Shown piece by piece: positions 11,286 to 22,380 of a stretch of DNA of 64,000 bases. Numbering within the stretch: position 1 is the first letter of the stretch; every line of letters starts with the position of its first letter. Both the position numbers and the translations under genes were made by a program. Origin of the DNA: Piromyces finnis finn (taxonomy: Eukaryota; Fungi; Neocallimastigomycota); NCBI GenBank assembly GCA_002104945.1, contig MCFH01000087.1, positions 1 through 64,000 on the forward strand, read 5' to 3'. The notes under the pieces are model-generated. The model was not told where the DNA came from. It did not search any database and saw only the letters and a program-made list of their open reading frames with translations.

Positions 11286-12379
11286 TTTGAAGAAATTTTT
11301 TGAGTTTTTGTAGTGGAATAATTATTATTATTATTATTACCACCATTGTTATTAGTTGAATAATTAGATTTTAAATTATTATTGTTATTATTATTATTGT
11401 GATATTTTTGATAATTGTTTCTATTATTATTATAATTATTGTTATTGTTATTATAAAAAGAATTTTTTCTTCCATGGCTTTTATTATTAATTTGGTTTAA
11501 CTTTTTATTTGAGACATTGTTTTGTTCAAATAAAATACATCTTGTGAAAATAGCTTCGAGAGTAGTAGGAAAGTCATATAATCTTTCAATATCTTCTTGA
11601 TACTTAGGATGAAGAACAGTATAAAACATAAGAGTAACAGCTTCTTGATCCCAGTTAAAATATTGAATATATGATCTAAATTCTTCCATATATTCATTAA
11701 TTTTTCCATATGTTTGTTTCAATTTACTTAGCTTAATCTTGGCTAATTTGCGGCTTGAAACATTTGGAAAAGCATTTTTTAATTCTACTAATAATTCAAA
11801 CATAGTAGAGGGATGAGTATTTCCACTGTATCTTGTTAAATACCAAGTTCTAGCAATTCCTCTTAATCTTGTTTTAACAAAATTAATTTTGGCTTCTTCC
11901 ATCATATGCTTATTAGGATAAGTGCTAAAAGTATCTTCACAAATTTGACAGAATAGTTCTGTTTCATGAGGATCACCAGAAAAAAGACCTGGGTCTGGAA
12001 CTTGATTTATTGGAGTGGAATATTTTGATCTCATTATTACATCAAAATCCAAATCATATTTTGTAGATGTAGAAGGGGCAACTGAAGGGGTTAGGTCTGG
12101 CTGACCACCACTTGGTTTTCCATTCTTATTTAAATACTCTTGAATGGTGTTGATATTGTTAGAGACCGATTCCAAAACTTGTGCGAAATTAGCAGTATTT
12201 CTTTTAATTTCTTGGAACTGAGATTCAATATGTTTTTCAAAATCTTTAACTTGACTAATAGTAGCAAAGTTTTCTTGAACGCTGTTCATAATGTCTACAG
12301 CAGTAGTTTTAGCATCTTCGCGGAGTTGATTAACTTCATCAATAGTTTGCCAAGAGCTAGCAAAGTTTTGTTCTGCCAT
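11276..12379 (-). CDS. gag: Gag of E1
   Basis: Retrotransposon-gag-like core (KINF..LRGIARTW, LKQT..INEY..EF) and an Asn-rich tail. Starts 34 nt after the LTR. Confidence 0.9.
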   Translation of the reverse strand: MAEQNFASSWQTIDEVNQLREDAKTTAVDIMNSVQENFATISQVKDFEKHIESQFQEIKRNTANFAQVLESVSNNINTIQEYLNKNGKPSGGQPDLTPSVAPSTSTKYDLDFDVIMRSKYSTPINQVPDPGLFSGDPHETELFCQICEDTFSTYPNKHMMEEAKINFVKTRLRGIARTWYLTRYSGNTHPSTMFELLVELKNAFPNVSSRKLAKIKLSKLKQTYGKINEYMEEFRSYIQYFNWDQEAVTLMFYTVLHPKYQEDIERLYDFPTTLEAIFTRCILFEQNNVSNKKLNQINNKSHGRKNSFYNNNNNNYNNNRNNYQKYHNNNNNNNNLKSNYSTNNNGGNNNNNNYSTTKTQKISSKNF

Positions 12380-12413
12380 CCTAAGGTAGTAACCAAAGTT
12401 AAGGTGAGATTAT

Positions 12414-13050
12414 TGTCAAGAGTTAGAGTGGATTTAGAATTATAATTAAGTCTACTAGGTTAGGATAGGCTTAATTATATAGTAAATAATAAATTTTATA
12501 AATACAAGAGTAATAAATATAGTTTTTTAAGAAATATTTTATTTAATTTTTATAATATAAGTAAATGATAATTATTAATTTTAAATATTGAATTTACTAT
12601 ATAAAAATGAGTATAATAATCTCACAAAGAACTTCTTAAAGTTGTTCTTTGTTCAACTTATTTATACTTCATTTTTAATATAATGTTGATATTAATAAAG
12701 TATAATAATAATATAATTTAAGTTATACATGTATAATAATATAAATATAAATATTAATAAAATATAATAATAATAATATAATTTTCTTTAAATATCGATA
12801 TTAATAAGTTGTTAAAAATAATATTAATAATTATTTAAATGAATCTTATTTTACTAATTGGTTTGTTTAATATTAATTAATTGTTACACTATTTATCTCC
12901 GGATAATAAATAGCTTTCCAATTAATATTTATATTAAATAAACTATTATTAGTAAAATATTATTAAATTAATATTTTAATTAATTTAACTATTAATTCAA
13001 AATTATGAAATTTCATGAAATGTCAAATTTCATGAATTGTGATTTTGACA
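12414..13050 (-). repeat. 5' LTR of E1
   Basis: Direct repeat of 6371-7007, followed on the minus strand by the PBS ATAATCTCAC. Confidence 0.95.
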
Positions 13051-13789
13051 TTTCAAATTAACCCTAAAAGTAACTTTAAATAAGTTATAGTTTAATTAAT
13101 TACTTTACCAAAATTCTAAAATAAAATTAATCCTAAACACTGCATATATTCTAATTATTGAAAGAAAATAATAAACTTTAATTAATCGAGATCAAAATAT
13201 ATAACTTTTGTTAAATTAATTATTAAATTAAATATTTAATAACTTCGTTAGTAAATTACACTTTAAAAGTAAACAAATATAATAATTCATGTTATAAAAT
13301 AATATAATTAAACACCTTTATTAAAACATTAAAAATAATTATTACTTTAATTAATTGTAAAATAAACAACTTTCTTTAACTTTTAATTATTTCTTTTATT
13401 GTTATTTCTAATTACTTTTATTACTTTTATTGTAAATAGCTATTAATTTTATTGTTTTAATGTAAATAGTTTAAATTTAAAAGAAAATATAAATACATGT
13501 AAATATTCTTATTTTAATCATTATTATTATTATTAATAAAGAAATATTATAATTTTAATAATCACTTTTATAATTAATTAAATAAAATTTTAAATATTTA
13601 AATATTAGAAAAACGAGTGTTTCTAATAAAACAATTTAGTGTTTTTAATAAAACAATTTTATTAATCTTTATAAAAACAATTTCAAATTCTAATCCATAT
13701 AACTTATATAGTTATAACTCAAGATATAATATAATAATCACTTTTTGAAGTAAAATTCAAAATTAAGATTATTATCAAATTATATCATT

Positions 13790-14283
13790 TGTAAGAAATA
13801 TTTGTGGCCATAAGTTTGCCCACAAATATTTCAATTGAAACCATATATTCTGGTCACCATTTATTGGCCAAATATATGCATAACCATATATTAATGGTTA
13901 TTAATTAAATAGGAAGTTTATTTGCTTTACCCAATCAAGTGGTAAAGAAAATAAACTCATATAGTTAAATAGTATAGTCAAAACTAACGTTAAATACTTT
14001 AGCGTTAGTATTAAAGTAAATTAATAGCTATAATAATAATTAATGTATATAATTATAACTAATAAATAAAAGATAATAATTATAATAATTATTTAAGTAA
14101 ATAATATTTCATATTAATATTTATTGTATTATATTTATTTTTGTGTTATAATATTTATTTTAGGTCTTTTATTATTTTTTATAAAACTTTATTTAGTTAT
14201 TAACTCGTATAGAGAGGTAATAACTAACTTAATTAACTTGTTATATTTAACTTATTAACTAACATATATAAAAACCTTTTACA
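13790..14283 (+). repeat. 5' LTR of B1
   Basis: TGTAAGAAAT..CCTTTTACA, repeated at 26327-26820. Confidence 0.95.
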
Positions 14284-14584
14284 ATACTAACGCTTTATAG
14301 TTAGTTCTTACGTTAGCTTAGTTTTAATTAGGTTAGTGTTATTAAAAATTCTTAAAAAACATATTTTATTTTATTTAAATTATTGTTTAATAATAATTAT
14401 TTACAATATTTTATATAATATTCAAATATTATATTTAAAAGAAGTAAATTTATTATTAAAAATAATTATTTTTTAATAGTTTAGCAATAAAAATTCATTA
14501 TTTTTAAATTTTAAAATTCATTATAACCATATTTTATATAATAAATTCTTTAATTTATTAAAAGAATTTATTTTCGAATTAGAA

Positions 14585-17359
14585 ATGAAAAACGCAGGTA
14601 AGTCGCCTAACCCTCGGGGTGTCCATAAATTGGACACAAAAACATCATTCGTAAGGGACGGGACCCGTCCTGACGCGGCGAGCGCGGATGGCATGGATGG
14701 TGTAGAGGGAATGTCACGGGTTCGAACCCCGGTGCTTCTCGAAAGCACTGAGGTCGAATCTAATCAGAATTTACAGGTTCAACAGGGGGATTCTATGCCC
14801 ACCCCTGTTGATCCTTCTTTCTTTTTTACTAATAATAGTGAGGTAAACCCAATGCAACACATTGAAGTTCTTCTTAATAGATGGGTTTCGGAAATATCTA
14901 GCCAGTTTGCTAGTATGGGAAACCGTCTGGGTGCTATGGAAGAACAACTTCGGGGTATTGAGGTTTACAAGAGCGAGATAAACGATGCTCTTCAGCAAAA
15001 ATTTGTTGAAGTGGATCAAAGGTTGGAAGCAAATGAGTCAGCTAGCCAAGTTAGCTTGGAAGAGCTGCATGCTGTGGAAAATGCCTTTACTGCAGAACAT
15101 GAGGAAAGGTTACAAGACCACCAGCAAGTGCTAAACAACCAAGAAACGTTGTACCGTCAATCTAGTGCCTTTGTCTCTTATAAAAAAGAGCTTGAAGAAG
15201 AGATGGCCAGATTGAGGGAGCAACGAAACGCTCTAGAAGAAAGAGAAAAATTGTTCGAGGCTAAAGTCGAAGCCATGAACAGAAGAGCTGAAGCCAGAGC
15301 TCATGAAAGAACATCCTATCAAACCGGTGGTACGGGTAATCCTCATGGTGCTGGAACTAGTAGCAGCACCAACCCTACGGAATATTCCGAGGATGGGGAC
15401 GTGAAGATGTTCGATTGGCGAGTACATAGGTATGAAGAAAAAGTGCCTATGTTTGATAATAATGGGATAGACTTAGAGGGTTTTCAAGAGAAGTGCTTAC
15501 GTCATTTCAAACGTTACCCATATGACTATGGTAACGACGAAAAGGCAAAGGTTAGCTTCATTGAAGATCATCTAGGTGGGAAAGTATTGAGATGGTATAG
15601 ACTTAGAGAGAGGATGTTGCAGCGTAGGAATCCTGATGCTGAAAGACTATTCCTCCACCTTCAAGATAAGTTTCCACCAGAGTCTCCCCATGAACTCTGC
15701 AAGTCAAAGTTGCTTAAGCTCACACATGAGTGGGGAAAAGCATACGACTACTTGGAAGAGTTCAATGAATTGACGGAAACACTTGGGCTTCCTGAAAATG
15801 TTAGGAGACAGGTGTTAATACAACAGGTCAGGCCTTCTGTCAGGGAAGCGTTCTATGATATCCCTGAACAGGAACGTACGCTGGAAACATTAAGTGAAGT
15901 CTTGTTAAAGTGCGATGACCACCAAGCAGTCTTCCGTAATGAAACCATAGAAAAGTACGACAAAAGAGACCGCCAGACCACTATTATGGCCTTGTTGGAT
16001 ATCACAGACCCATGTAGACCATCTAGATGGGCTGAGTTAAAGCAGAAGAACAACAAGCCAAATAATAAGCCTAAAGTTGAGCAGACCAACACTCAGGCTT
16101 ACGTAAAAAACAATAACGGTACTAAAGAACGTCGTGAATCCTTAAATAAGTCAAGCTTTAGAAGAAGTTCTAGCTTCCAACCAAAGCAAGGACCTTCTAG
16201 TATGGGAAATAACCCATTACCTAAGGCTATGGCAAATCAAACGACGGTCAATAACAGCTACTACAGTCAGAACCAACTAGTAGCTGAAATAAATGCAAGA
16301 AGCAACCCTCGAGATATAAAAAGGGTAGAAGTCTTGTATGATAATGGTTCCACTACAAACCTCATCCACCCAAATTTAGCAAAGAAGCTCGGGTTAAAGG
16401 TAGTGGACAAACCAGCCATATTCAGAACTGTGAATGGAGATATCGAGTTAAAGCAGTTCTCAGATGACTTACAGTTGAAGTTATGGTTAACTCCATCTGG
16501 CGAACAAGAAGCTAAACCATACTGCTTCAACACAAGTTGTCACCTATCCGACAACATGCCGGAGATGATCATTGTGGGACTGGGCTTCATGGATGAGCAC
16601 TTTATCTACAGAGGTTATGATAAAGATGCACAAGTGAGATACTTCGTAGTAGATAATGATAAGGATAAAGGACACACCAACAGTTATGGTGTAAATGGCG
16701 GCGATATCTACTACTGTACTCAATTAAGTCCCATAACTACAGTTACTAATGCAAAGGCAAGAAGGCCTCTGGTAACTGTAACCGCAGAAAACATTGAAGC
16801 CGAAATCGTGGGCAATGGTAGCCACAAGGCTACAAAAGAAACCAAAAACGGAAGTTCCGGAGGGTTGGCATCGAGTTCCAACTTAGAGAAAACTTGTGTT
16901 TCAGTAGGGTTGGTACCGAGTGCTAACTTAGAGAAAAAATGTGTTTCCGGAGGGTTGACACGAAGTTCTGACTTAGAGAAAAATCCCGTTTCAGTAGGGT
17001 TGGTACAGAGTGTTGACTTAGAGAAAAAATGTGATTCCGGAGGGTTGGCATTTGAATCCAACTTAGAGAAAACTTGTGTTTCAGTAGGGTTGGTCCAAGA
17101 GTCAAACTTAGAGAAAAATCACATTTACGTAGGGTTGGTACAGGAAGAAAACTTAAACGAAAATCAACCTACACCTGAAGAAATCGTGGAGAAGTACTAC
17201 CACAATTTCAAAGAAGCATTTAATGAAGAAATAGCTAACCAGCTACCAGAACACCGTCCTTACGACTGTAAGATCGACCTGGAGCCGGATGCTAGTCTTC
17301 ATAAAGGGCCTATATATCCCTTCAATCCAGAAGAGGAAAAAGCACTGAAGGAATATATA
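14585..17359 (+). CDS. gag-pol: Gag-Pol of B1, 5' part (gag, DNG-type protease, 15-aa repeats, start of RT), disrupted by C
   Basis: Continuous with 23495..26305 (KEYI|EENL), as shown by the copy that is uninterrupted at this point (ORF 56497..61161). The ORF-track tail to 17386 reads into the C LTR. Confidence 0.92.
16859..17158 (+). repeat. About seven tandem 45-bp coding repeats between protease and RT
   Basis: Units start at 16859, 16904, 16949, 16994, 17039, 17084 and 17129. Peptide (S/Y)(G/V)GLxxxxxLEKxxx. Confidence 0.9.
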
Positions 17360-17682
17360 TGTAAAGAACTAATGTTCAATAAATAAAAACACAAATATAT
17401 AAAAAGGAAAATAATAAAAGCAAATAAAAATTTTATTATTGAACACTTAACAAAATTATAACAGGTTAGTGTTTAATAATTTTATTTTTATTATAAAATT
17501 TCTTTGTTAATAAAAACTCGAATTCAAAATAATTTTTTGAGAAATTTCACTCGTATTTATATAAATGTTTTTAAAAGTAAATTTATAAAAATTTTACAAC
17601 TTAATTTTTTAAGCCAATCAGAAATTATCTTCTTTGGTAAAATTTCGTTATAAAATATTTTAATAAAAAAAAAAGATATTAA

Positions 17683-17738
17683 TGAGGTTTCGAACTCGAG
17701 TAGTTCAAACCAAGGTCTTAGTTACTAACCACTAAGAC
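17683..17738 (-). other. tRNA-like A/B-box module in U3 of the C 3' LTR (also at 23406-23461)
   Basis: Minus strand reads GTCTTAGTGGTTAGTAACTAAGACCTTGGTTTGAACTACTCGAGTTCGAAACCTCA, with TAGTGGTTAG and GTTCGAAAC boxes. Confidence 0.6.
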
Positions 17739-17864
17739 AGGTTACTAATTTCTATGATTCGTTACATGGTCCTCCTCCAGGATTCGGATACCAGACGAAT
17801 CAACTAAATTTATTTGTTACTTTATTATAAAAGAAATAATTGAAACGAGTGAATACATTTTGAA

Positions 17865-17912
<48 letters not shown>

Positions 17913-18015
17913 TGAATATTAAATTATAAATATATTTTTTCATTTTCTATTTTCTATTTTCTATTCTCTTTTTCTCTTATCAATTACTAATTTTTTTTTA
18001 AATTAATAACTATTA

Positions 18016-21000
18016 CTAATGTGAATTATTAAAGTTTTTAATTAGTTCATCGCAGTTTAAATTACTTTCAGGTTCCCAAGATGCTTCTGAAAGCGGATAA
18101 CCTTTCCATTTTATTAGATATTGAATCTTCCCATAATGCTTTCTTTTATCAAGTATTTCTTCTACTTCGTATTCTTCTTCTTCATTTACTATTATAGGTG
18201 GAGGTGGATCTTTGATTCTTCCAAAACTATCTTCATAATACGGTTCTAGGTTTGAAACATGAACAATTGGGTAAATCTTCAGCGATTTTGGTAATTCTAA
18301 TTTATAAGTGAGATTAGAGATTTTACTAATTATCCTAAACGGGCCAAGTTTCCTAGGATTAAATTTTTTATTTCCTTTATGAATTATCAAGGAGCTATCC
18401 AACCATACTTTGTCACCAGTCTTGAATGTCGGAGGTTCTTGTCTATACTTGTCGGCATATTTCTTTTGAACTTGGATGGCCTTCTTTAAGTTTTCTTTTA
18501 GTTTCTCCATTAGGTCTTCAAAGTCTCTTGTAAACTCTTCAGCTCTTGGAACATTCGTTTGGTCAGGAATTACCGGAGAGTATTTTGGGTGATAACCATA
18601 ATTTAGGAAGAATGGTGAGAATTTTGTTGAGTCTTGAACAGCATTATTGTAACTGAATTCTGCCAATGGAAGAAAGTTGATCCAGTTTGTTCCTTTATAA
18701 TTAGAAAAGCATCTTAAATATTGTTCAACAACGGAGTTTACCCTCTCCGTTTGGCCATTGGATTGATGATGATATGGTGAAGAATATTTAACATTGACGT
18801 CCAAAGATTGACAAATAGATTTCCAAAATTTCGAAGTGAATTGCGCGCCTCTATCGGAAATAATTTCAGAGGGGAGACCGTGAATTTTGAAAATATAATT
18901 CAAAAAAGCAAAAGCAGTATCAGAAGCAGAAGGAATACCTTTAAAGGGAATGAGGTGGCACATTTTAGTAAGGCGGTCAACTACAACAAGAATAGTGTTA
19001 AATCCATCCGAAGGAGGGAGGTCAGTAATGAAATCCATAGAAATAGAAGCCCAAGGATGGTCACTAATCTCAAGGGGTTGAAGTAAACCATATGGTTTAT
19101 GACGAGAAGGCTTGGAGCGGCAACAAATCTCGCAAGATCGGATATAATTCTTAACATCAATAGAAATGGATGGCCACCAAAAGTCACGAGAGATCAAAGA
19201 AATAGTTTTGCGGATACCAAAATGACCGGCAGAGGGGGAATCATGACAGAGTTTCAAAACGGAGGGACGGCATTTTAAAGGGACATAGATTCTACTATCA
19301 AAAAGAAGAAAACTATTACTAAGGGAGAATTTATTACTTTGTGGATGTGGAGCTGGGAGATTCTTATTTTCAAGAAAATTGCAAATGTCAATGTAAAAAG
19401 AGTCGTTCACATATTCAGATAATATTTCATCATTAAGAGAAGAAATGGAACAAATCAAAGCGCAGAAATTCTCAGGGCGTAAAACCGAAAAAGGAGCATC
19501 AGAAGGAAGAGAGGAATCCATATAATCAGGTCTTCGTGAAAGCGCATCAGGTTTACCATTAGATGAACCAGAGCGGTAGAGAATTTTAAAGTTAAATTCG
19601 GAAAGGAAAAGGGCCCAACGAACAAGACGTTGTGACATTTTTTCCGGTTTCTTTTGATATAGTAAGTTTCGATGATCTGAATAAATAGTAAACGGGGTTA
19701 AAGCACCTTTGAGAAAATGTCGCCAAGTTTCAAGAGCATTAACAATAGCTAAAAGTTCTTTATCGTATATAGGATAGTTTCTTTCAGCGGAAGTAAGAGA
19801 TCTTGAATAGAAAGCGACAGGATGGATCATTTTATCATCAGGAGATTTTTGAGACAGAACTGCTCCTATAGCAAAGTTGCTAGAGTCGGTTTCAACAATA
19901 AAGGGAAGATCACGATTTGGGTGAGACAGGATGGGAGCAGATGAAATTAATGATTTAATGGTATTAAATGCATCAAGAGCTTCAGAGGAAAAATCAAATT
20001 TAACGTTTTTACGAAGTAGTCTGTGAAGGGGTTGTGCAACTTTGGCAAAATTAGGAATAAACCGACGATAGTAGTTGGCTAGGCCAATAAAAGATTGAAC
20101 TTCCTTGACACTGGACGGAACTGGCCAATTAATAATAGCAGAAACTTTATTGGGGTCCATATGTATACCTTCAGAGGATATCCGATGACCAAGGAAATCA
20201 ATAGAGGAAACAAAGAATTCACACTTTTCAAGCTTAGCATAAAGACCAGCATTTCTTAAGCGATCCAGGACTTCGATAACGTGCTTAATGTGGGATTTAT
20301 GGTTTTCAGAAAAAATAATTAAATCGTCAATATATGAATAAACAAAAATCCCTAGAATATTTTCCAGAACATCATTGATAAAATGCTGAAAAACAGCCGG
20401 GGCGTTTTTCAGTCCGAATGGCATTACCAGGTATTCAAAGTGGCCGAATTTGCAGGTGAAAGCTGTTTTATATTCATCACCCTTTTTGATTCGGACCAAA
20501 TTATATGCTGATCGTAAATCCAATTTTGAGAAGATTTTCGCTTTACCAAGATGCTCTAGCATATCTTGAATCAGAGGTAGAGGATAGGAATCTCTAATGG
20601 TAATGTTGTTGAGTTCCCTATAATCTTGACAAAGACGGAGTTCACCATTCTTTTTAGGAACGAAAAGTACAGGCGCACCAGCAGGAGATTTGGATTTCCT
20701 AATGAAACCCTTTTTGAGGTTTTCATCGATATAATCCTTCAAAACTCTTGTTTCTTCGTCTGTTAGTGGGTAGATTGGTCCATAAAATAGCTTGGCATTT
20801 TCGATTAGGTTTATTTGGCAATCATAAGGACGATGAGGTGGTAATTGAGCAGCAGAAGATTCGCTAAAGACGTCCATATATGATTCTAATTCCTTCGGAA
20901 GTTTAGTAGTAGGATTTGAGTCTTTAAAAGAGTTTTTTGGTGAACAAGAATCAACTTTAGAAAGAGATATATTAGAAGCCATGACAGTACAAGTCTCTTG

Positions 21001-22380
21001 TGATAAAGGATCGTTAACAGATTCATTGTTAATTAAGACAGATTTAGAACGATTTTCTTTGGGATTACGAGAATGAGATAACTTAGAATTTGAAAAAGAA
21101 GATTTAGGTTTGTCAATAAAAATAGGCAAAGAAACGGAAGAAGAGTTATTGCAATCAGTAGAAAAAACAGAAGTTTCCTGATGGAATTCGGGAACATTCG
21201 AAGGGAGAGTCATACAATGATCCAAGCAATATGAAGAACCAAAGGATAATTTATTATTTTCAAAGTCAATACTTGGATTATGTTCCTTAAGCCAACGTAG
21301 ACCTAGAATACAAGGATATACAGGTAGATCAGTAACGTAAAAGACAGTACGGCATAGGTGATCCATGTAGCGAAGATTAAGAAGTGGAGTAACTCCGAAC
21401 AGTTTTTGGCTACCACCAATACCGAATACGTTGGGTAAATCTTCTTCATAGTGGTAGGGAATATTGTGATCGTTGCAATAGTCGACATCTATTAGATTAA
21501 GTGTAGAACCGGAGTCTATAAGAATTTTTGTGTCTAGTTCAAACGATAATTTAAAATTTGAGGTTACCCTATCTTGTTGATTTTTCTTGGAATTGGTAGA
21601 ATTATTTTGTAGAGAAACTAAAGATTCGAATGCTGAGTTTTTATTTCTTCTCTTATGACAATCTTTCAGTTGGTGTCCTGGAGATCCACAATAGACACAT
21701 AAGTTTTCCTTACTTCTTCTTTCTTTTTCTTCCTTGGATAACGGACCAAAGTATCTTTTCTTCTTGGGATGTTCTTTTAGATTTGTGGAAGCCTTTCTGG
21801 AGCCATTGCTGGAATTAGAACTTGGTCCCTTAGTATTTTTGTCAAAAAATAATCCCCTGGTAGCAAGTCTGGAGTCTATTCTAGCTGCAATAGTTTGGAG
21901 GGAAAACAAATCTCTTGGTCCTGGGAACATCTCTAATATCTTCATTGCAACTTCTTGGTTGAGCCCAGCGATAAAAGCATCCATCTTAGCCTCTTCATTC
22001 CAGTTAGATTCATCAGAGTATTTGTTAAATTCAAGGATGTATCCTCTGATGCCGCCCAAACGATGTTGCTTGAGAGTACGTAGCATTTGATTGGCTACGT
22101 AGACTGCATCATTGTTCCCGTAGAATGCCTTTAGTCTTTCCTTGAATGCTTGGTAGTTGGTCAGACATGGATCATGGTTGTCAATAAGCGTAGCGGCCCA
22201 ATTTAATGCATTTCCATAAAGGCGAGAAATCAGGTAGATAACCTTGCTCTCTTCATCTTGATATCTTTCGGGATAAAGGAGAAAAACAAGTTCTATTTTA
22301 GCTAAGAAACCTTTGAGATATTTTCTGTCTCCTGCGAAACCGTCTTTTAGTGAGGCGTTATCAAATATTTGTCCTTCCAT
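18016..22380 (-). CDS. gag-pol: Gag-Pol of C with a canonical C-terminal chromodomain
   Basis: CCHC knuckle CVYCGSPGHQLKDC, LIDSGS, YIDD, ETDSS, HHCC zinc finger, DDE core, GPF and chromodomain EYEVEEILD...YLIKWKGY...SWEP. Confidence 0.97.
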   Translation of the reverse strand: MEGQIFDNASLKDGFAGDRKYLKGFLAKIELVFLLYPERYQDEESKVIYLISRLYGNALNWAATLIDNHDPCLTNYQAFKERLKAFYGNNDAVYVANQMLRTLKQHRLGGIRGYILEFNKYSDESNWNEEAKMDAFIAGLNQEVAMKILEMFPGPRDLFSLQTIAARIDSRLATRGLFFDKNTKGPSSNSSNGSRKASTNLKEHPKKKRYFGPLSKEEKERRSKENLCVYCGSPGHQLKDCHKRRNKNSAFESLVSLQNNSTNSKKNQQDRVTSNFKLSFELDTKILIDSGSTLNLIDVDYCNDHNIPYHYEEDLPNVFGIGGSQKLFGVTPLLNLRYMDHLCRTVFYVTDLPVYPCILGLRWLKEHNPSIDFENNKLSFGSSYCLDHCMTLPSNVPEFHQETSVFSTDCNNSSSVSLPIFIDKPKSSFSNSKLSHSRNPKENRSKSVLINNESVNDPLSQETCTVMASNISLSKVDSCSPKNSFKDSNPTTKLPKELESYMDVFSESSAAQLPPHRPYDCQINLIENAKLFYGPIYPLTDEETRVLKDYIDENLKKGFIRKSKSPAGAPVLFVPKKNGELRLCQDYRELNNITIRDSYPLPLIQDMLEHLGKAKIFSKLDLRSAYNLVRIKKGDEYKTAFTCKFGHFEYLVMPFGLKNAPAVFQHFINDVLENILGIFVYSYIDDLIIFSENHKSHIKHVIEVLDRLRNAGLYAKLEKCEFFVSSIDFLGHRISSEGIHMDPNKVSAIINWPVPSSVKEVQSFIGLANYYRRFIPNFAKVAQPLHRLLRKNVKFDFSSEALDAFNTIKSLISSAPILSHPNRDLPFIVETDSSNFAIGAVLSQKSPDDKMIHPVAFYSRSLTSAERNYPIYDKELLAIVNALETWRHFLKGALTPFTIYSDHRNLLYQKKPEKMSQRLVRWALFLSEFNFKILYRSGSSNGKPDALSRRPDYMDSSLPSDAPFSVLRPENFCALICSISSLNDEILSEYVNDSFYIDICNFLENKNLPAPHPQSNKFSLSNSFLLFDSRIYVPLKCRPSVLKLCHDSPSAGHFGIRKTISLISRDFWWPSISIDVKNYIRSCEICCRSKPSRHKPYGLLQPLEISDHPWASISMDFITDLPPSDGFNTILVVVDRLTKMCHLIPFKGIPSASDTAFAFLNYIFKIHGLPSEIISDRGAQFTSKFWKSICQSLDVNVKYSSPYHHQSNGQTERVNSVVEQYLRCFSNYKGTNWINFLPLAEFSYNNAVQDSTKFSPFFLNYGYHPKYSPVIPDQTNVPRAEEFTRDFEDLMEKLKENLKKAIQVQKKYADKYRQEPPTFKTGDKVWLDSSLIIHKGNKKFNPRKLGPFRIISKISNLTYKLELPKSLKIYPIVHVSNLEPYYEDSFGRIKDPPPPIIVNEEEEYEVEEILDKRKHYGKIQYLIKWKGYPLSEASWEPESNLNCDELIKNFNNSH

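Larger units (their letters stand above)
6371..13050 (-). mobile_element. Family E full-length Ty3/Gypsy element E1, apparently intact
   Basis: Apparently identical 637-bp LTRs (6371-7007, 12414-13050), perfect 5-bp TSD TTTCA, PPT AGTGGAAGGGCGT, intact gag and pol ORFs. Confidence 0.96.
6319..13787 (+). mobile_element. Putative solo LTR M (TGATA..TATCA group, about 780 bp), split by E1
   Basis: Starts TGATAAATAA like the U3 end of the F/H LTRs and ends ...TATATCA. Flanks ATTG/TTTG (3/4 match). Confidence 0.5.

Noticed and set aside
14698-14733. TGGTGTAGAGG ... GGGTTCGAACCCC, A- and B-box-like motifs with a 4/5 T-stem in B gag (also about 61125-61160)
   Set aside because: The boxes start only about 21 nt apart, too close for a tRNA-type promoter, and they lie in coding sequence. 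Probably chance.
16859-17158. Regularly spaced repeats as a CRISPR-like array
   Set aside because: In-frame coding tandem repeats without unique spacers, in a eukaryotic retroelement.
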